Origin: Desulfotalea psychrophila LSv54
Lineage (GTDB): Bacteria; Desulfobacterota; Desulfobulbia; Desulfobulbales; Desulfocapsaceae
Reading direction: 5' to 3'
Assembly: GCF_000025945.1 (NCBI RefSeq)
Contig: NC_006138.1
Coordinates: forward strand, 2,310,001 to 2,342,000
Length of the DNA stretch: 32,000 bases
This document shows positions 27,120 to 32,000 of this stretch, in pieces. A program made the translations under genes and the position numbers. The stretch's first letter is position 1; the number at the start of each line of letters is the position of its first letter. The notes under the pieces are model-generated. The model was not told the origin of the DNA, made no database searches, and saw only the letters and a program-made list of their open reading frames with translations.

Positions 27120-27828
27120 TCTCCGTTGCTTAGCCGTTTGCTTTTAAGGATAAGGCATTTTATTTTATTATTCCAGCCAACCTAATTTTTTTAGGAATAA
27201 ATAATTATTTTAAACAAACATAATCTCTGATTCTTTTGTTTCAGCCGACAGCAGGGCCATGGACACTTTTGCAACCGCAACTTCCAGCACAGAGGCTGGA
27301 AGGGTACGGAGTCATTTTTGGAATCACCTGACGCGTCTATACGGGCATGACCTAACAAGTTCTGTGGCCGACAATGATAAAGATTATGGCCCTGTTTTTC
27401 TTTCCACAGGCCTCCAGCTCCCCAATGTCTCTGAATCCATGCGGTTGGATGCAGTCAGACAGGCTGAAGAATTTTTCTGGAGTAAAAGTTAAGACTAAGC
27501 TTTGTTATAGGCGTGTTATATGAAACACCTTCTTAGGTTAGGTATTTTGTATGGCACACATGAAAACACCAGAAGATACTGGGGAAGAGTATAAAGAGAG
27601 GTTTCTCTTGGCCAGAATATACCAGAACTTTGAAGTAACGGAGTTAATGTGTTGATCGTAAAGGTCGTCGCCAAAGTTGGTATCCTCCCTTTCCACAACA
27701 AACACCTAAGCCCTCTCTGTATCCAAAAAACATTGCAACTCAGACAACCTTATTGTTACCATACAATCTACCTAAAACACCGTAGAGGCAGTAAAACTGT
27801 CATAATTTAAAGTCAAAGAAGAAAAGAT

Positions 27829-28020
27829 ATGGCTGACTATACAAAACTGGATTATTTGAAAAAAACCCTCGATTCCCATCGCCCGCTGCCTGCCGAGGTA
27901 GTCTCAAACCTGCATGAAGATCTTGTTCTGCGCTGGGCCTGGCGCCATTGAGGGAAATACCCTGACCCTAAAAGAGACTAAGGTTGCCCCGGAAGGTATT
28001 ACTGTTGGCGGCAAGACCAG
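27829..28020 (+). pseudogene. Fic-family pseudogene, copy 2 (truncated)
   Basis: ~85-90% identical by eye to 19605-19797, including the equivalent disrupted segment before 'AIEGN'. Confidence 0.75.
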
Positions 28021-28200
28021 GTGAGCACTTTGCCCCAATTGTCACTGCGAACTGCACTATGGTACGGGCAAAAAGGAACTGGCAAAGAATCTATGGGCGA
28101 AGATTGCCAGGCGTCAGGTCTCCGGTGCGTAATACGTATAACAAATAGTTGCAGGTTTGAAACTTATCTGCGAAGCGGATGGACAACAGGCTGGAATCAC
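28021..28200 (+). pseudogene. Duplicate of the 3' end of the HNH gene plus its downstream spacer
   Basis: 'ALCPNCHCELHYGTGKKELAKNLWAKIARRQVSGA*' vs '...ALCPNCHSELHYGMGKKELAEELRAKITRLQVTGA*' (2758-2865). Homology continues through 'CGTAATACGTATAACAA'. Confidence 0.8.
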
Positions 28201-28512
28201 TCCACTTTTACAAGGCTCCCCTTTGTATAAGGAGATAAATTGATTTATGAAAACGTGAGGGTTTTGGATCATATAGTGATATCAAGTTAGAAACCATGTA
28301 CCATGGATGAAAAAATTGTTTTCAAATTGTGTTTACCTGGAATGATATCAGGAAACCGGATAATAACTTGTTAGCTTCCCCGGTAAATTAAGAGCACGAA
28401 AAACACTATAATAGTCCTTATTTCATTTTTATATTGTCTGGTTGCTTTGGGTAAAAGTCCCGTAATATAATATAGATATAAAATTGCGGACCTGACCCCT
28501 TTTTGAGGTATT

Positions 28513-29193
28513 ATGAATCCCTGGGAATTATTAGATAAAACAGAAATACCCAATGACGGCGGACAGCTTGAATTACTGCAAAGAGGGGATGAATTCTCCA
28601 TCCGCCTTTCCGGTAATCGAGGTGAGCTAATGAATAGCCGATTGCATAATTCGGAAGAAGCACTTGCTGAACTCGGATGTGCGCATCTCAAATCGACAGT
28701 TGACGCACAGGTCTTGGTAGGTGGCCTGGGAATGGGATTCACGCTGGCCGCTGCTCTAAAAGTAGTTTCTCAATCGGCAAAAATAACGGTGGCAGAACTG
28801 ATACCTGCAGTTGTGGAATGGAATCGAGGCGCTTTGGGCGAACGAGCTGGAAGACCATTGCTGGATGAACGTGTACTTATTCATACTGGTGATGTCATTG
28901 ATTTGTTCAGCAAAAACAAATCAATCTTCAACGCCGTTTTGCTTGATGTAGATAACGGTCCTGAAGGGCTTACTCATTCAGCAAATGATCACCTTTATTC
29001 TTTGAACCGCTTAAAAGCAATTTATAATTCTTTGCGCACTGAAGGCATGCTCGCCATTTGGTCGGCTGCGCCAGATGATACTTTTCTTCGTTCTTTGAAA
29101 AAGGTGGGTTTTAAAGTCACTACTCAAACTGTGAGAGCAAGAGTTGGTAAAGGAAGCCGTCATACGATCTTCCTAGCAAAAAAACTTAATTAA
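28513..29193 (+). CDS. Spermidine-synthase-like SAM-dependent methyltransferase fold protein
   Basis: 226 aa; 'QVLVGGLGMGFTLAAAL...ITVAELIPAVVEWNRG...DVIDLF...FNAVLLDVDNGPEG'. Confidence 0.8.
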   Translation: MNPWELLDKTEIPNDGGQLELLQRGDEFSIRLSGNRGELMNSRLHNSEEALAELGCAHLKSTVDAQVLVGGLGMGFTLAAALKVVSQSAKITVAELIPAVVEWNRGALGERAGRPLLDERVLIHTGDVIDLFSKNKSIFNAVLLDVDNGPEGLTHSANDHLYSLNRLKAIYNSLRTEGMLAIWSAAPDDTFLRSLKKVGFKVTTQTVRARVGKGSRHTIFLAKKLN

Positions 29194-29507
29194 ATTAGAA
29201 AAGCAATTAAGAAAAGGGGTCAAGTCTGCTCTTGACTCTTGTTGCAACTTTTTATAACCAAATAATGCACCGGATAAACCGGTGATCATTATGTTATGTG
29301 TCATGAGATTTTAGAAGAATGGAAGTAATATAGCTAGGATTTATATAATTAACTCAGGCGAGCTATCAGTATTCTTCACTGTACTATTGAACATCATGAT
29401 TAAAATCCAATTGGTTTTATTATTAAATAAAAGGTAAAAGAAAGTAAACTTTACTTTGACCCTTTTTCTCTCAGTTTTTAACTGACTTCACTCTAGATAT
29501 CTACTTT

Positions 29508-30487
29508 ATGAAAAATGAATCTGACTTCGCAAGACTCACTCCTGATTTAATTCTTGAAGCAATCGAATCCGCTTTGGGCAAGAGAATGTCCGGTTTGACT
29601 CTCCACTACCAAGCTATATAAACCGTGTCTATGAACTTCAGACCATGGATGAAACACGGATTATTGCTAAATTTTATAGACCAGGCAGATGGAGTATTGA
29701 TGCTTTAAGAGATGAGCATCGATTTATGGTGGATTGTGCCACAGCGGAAATCCCCGTAGTATTGCCGCTGATGTTGGCCAATGGAGAGACAATTGATGAA
29801 GTGGATGGATTTTATTTTTCCCTGTTTCCTAAAAAAGCAGGACGTGAGTTCGAAGTAACCTGCGATGAAGACTGGCGTAGAATAGGTCAACTTATTGGCA
29901 GGATTCATCTTGTCGGTAGCACTAAAACCGCTGATGATCGGATTGTTCTCCATCCTTCACAATCCACGGTAGCTGACATCGCGCAGCTTGTTGGTGCTGG
30001 ATTTGTTAGCACAACGCATCTAGACGAATTTATTGAGATTACCGGAAAAATTGTGGAGATCGCCGAGAGGGGATTCAAGGATATTGAGTTGATCCGAATT
30101 CATAGTGATTGTCATAGTAGGAACATTCTGAATCGCCCCGAAGAAGGTCTCATGATTATTGATTTTGATGACATGGTGACAGGTCCTCCCGTTCAAGATA
30201 TTTGGCTTTTATTGCATGATTATGCTGATAGATCCCAAAGGGAGATAAATCTTATATTAGAAGGGTATGAACAGTTTCGGGAATTTGATGATAGGAGCTT
30301 GAAGCTGATCGAACCGTTGCGTGCGATGAGAATGCTCCATCACTTAGCCTGGTGCAGCAAACAGGTTAATGATTTTCAGTTTAATAAAAACTTTCCAGAT
30401 TGGGGAAGCGATGCTTTTTGGCAAAGAGAAATATCGGATCTTCGGATTCAGTTGCAGATTATTCTAGAAAAGCACTCCACTGGTTAA
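29508..30487 (+). pseudogene. srkA: SrkA/RdoA-like stress response kinase with N-terminal frameshift
   Basis: N-part 'MKNESDFARLTPDLILEAIESALGKRMSGLTL' (frame of 29508), then 'PSYINRVYELQTMDETRIIAKFYRPGRW...IRIHSDCHSRNIL...IIDFDDM' in the frame of ORF 29645..30487. Confidence 0.75.
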
Positions 30488-30782
30488 TATGAATTAGTTA
30501 AAGAATTTTTCCGATATGAGTCAAGGTGAGAAATACGAGTAAAAGGCATTGGTCGAGATGTAATGACCTATTGGGCCAGAGAATATAAGAAATAAGCAGT
30601 AAATGGAAATGACATAACAAATGAATTCACAAAGATTGCTGACCCTACGTTTTTTCTCGAAAGGTTTTGCAAGGTTCAAAGATCATCTTTCTCTCTAAGT
30701 TCAATGCTGGGCCAGCAACTTGTGATCCAGACGTTAGTATTCCCTGTGTTGAAAATCGACTCTTCACAGGCAGTAAAAAATT

Positions 30783-31396
30783 ATGATTTATTATATGGGG
30801 TTAATCGGAATAGCCGCTTTTGCCATAACAGGGGTAATTGCAGCCGGTAAAAAAGGGATGGCTATATTCAGCGTTGTCCTGCTCGGTGTTGTTACCGCGC
30901 TCGGAGGCGGCACTCTGCGTGATGTGATTATAGATTCTGGCCCGGCCTTCTGGGCTAACGATTTACTTTATCTATGGATAGCCGTGTCGGCTTCTGTCAT
31001 AACATTTTTTCTGATCCAGCATGTGCGTCATGCTCTGAAACTACTGCTGTTCGTTGATGCATTCGGCCTATCTCTTTTTACCGTTCTTGCAACGGAGAAA
31101 ACTCTTGTTCTGGGCTTTTCTGAGCCGGTTGCTGTATTAATGGGGTGATCACCGGAATCGCGGGCGGCATGATCCGTGACATGCTGACAGGCCGAATGCC
31201 TCTGCTTTTAGGCAGGGAATTCTATGCGACTCCCGCGCTGCTCGGAGCCGTTGTATTTTGCCTCATCCGTTATTATTTCCCTCTGCATGGCTTTAACATC
31301 ATTTACGCCGTCGGTATTATATTCATACTCAGATCATCTGCGATTCAATGGGGGCTGTATTATCCGAAATGGCTTATTTACAGTGAAAAAAACTGA
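30783..31396 (+). pseudogene. TRIC/YadS (UPF0126)-family membrane protein split by a frameshift
   Basis: ORFs 30783..31148 and 31145..31396 overlap at ATGGGGTGATC. Combined product reads '...VAVLMG/VITGIAGGMIRDMLTGRMPLLL'; duplicated 'GGGTLRDV' / 'GGMIRDML' motifs. Confidence 0.85.
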
Positions 31397-31478
31397 ACAG
31401 ATTAAGTGTTTCAGTCAGATTTATATGTCTTTCAAACAGAACCAATCGTAGGGAACTCAACAACTAAGGGGATAGCAA

Positions 31479-31601
31479 CTAGCCTCCGGGATAAAATTCA
31501 CCAGTGCCTGGATTAACTGCACCATCATCCCAGTCATCTTCAGCATAGGCCGTGGATGATAATAAGACTGCTGCCAGTACTAAAATGATAAACTGTTTCA
31601 T
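31479..31601 (-). CDS. Small secreted peptide (40 aa)
   Basis: 'MKQFIILVLAAVLLSSTAYAEDDWDDGAVNPGTGEFYPGG*': clear signal peptide and acidic/Gly mature part. Below ORF-track cutoff. Confidence 0.5.
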   Translation of the reverse strand: MKQFIILVLAAVLLSSTAYAEDDWDDGAVNPGTGEFYPGG

Positions 31602-32000
31602 ACACCCCCCCCGTTGTTGAGACTTCTTTAAAAGAAGTGATCTCTTCATAAGCTAATTTCCTTTTTAAGGTTAGGTGAAAAGCACCTGATTCACAAAGGT
31701 TCTTTTTTGGGGGGAGAGGTCAAGGTTGTAGTAGACGTGGGCTCTTTCTCCCTCCCCTCGCTATTAAATTGGTAACATTCACAGGTGGTAAGCACCTGGT
31801 AAACAACTCGTCAACTCTTACCTTTTAGCGTGGATTTTGTCAAAATACACCCCTTCCTCTCCCTGGTATGTGATATGGTTGAGGCAGGATTTAAACCATA
31901 TTGGTATGCACTCTCCATCACTCCATAAGCCCGCTCTATCTTAAGACTTAATTTCTAGCAATGGCACAAGAATTATGAATTTCGGAACAATCAAACATTG

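Noticed and set aside
1-32000. CRISPR array
   Set aside because: No regularly spaced short direct repeats with unique spacers; the tandem repeats found are Sel1 coding units and an (AGCTGAC)n tract.

Overview
This window looks like an accessory region from an anaerobic, probably deltaproteobacterial, genome. That taxonomic guess is inference from gene content and a UGA-interrupted rhodanese. The left ~7 kb is a defence cluster: an NgoFVII/PLD-type restriction endonuclease, an HNH nuclease, a C5 cytosine methyltransferase, a duplicated remnant of the endonuclease C-terminus, and a fusion of a putative uracil-DNA-glycosylase-like domain to an Mrr endonuclease. Next come a Doc-type toxin with a small upstream antitoxin-like gene (toxin interrupted by TAA), a Sel1-repeat protein, a hemerythrin-GGDEF protein, and a tyrosine integrase beside the 3' half of a tRNA-Thr(CGU)-like gene with its terminator. 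The middle holds a frameshifted type IV pilin, a membrane-protein gene flanked by ~97-bp direct repeats, a three-gene zinc-ribbon/HTH operon, a 2-TM protein, a TIR-like effector split from its N-terminal module by a frame change, Fic pseudogenes, an AhpD-like ORF, a RelE/HigB-HigA-type toxin-antitoxin pair and a chloramphenicol acetyltransferase. The right part has an APC-type permease translationally coupled to a secreted rhodanese. That rhodanese is probably a selenoprotein: an in-frame UGA lies in YCA-U-PNE, followed by a SECIS-like hairpin. Beyond it are a spermidine-synthase-like protein and frameshifted SrkA-like and TRIC/YadS-like genes. A diverged ~90-bp dispersed repeat lies immediately 5' of several unrelated genes. 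The strongest leads are the glycosylase-like/Mrr fusion, the Sec-rhodanese, the dispersed repeat family and the split TIR-like gene. No homology search was run; all family calls come from reading motifs.
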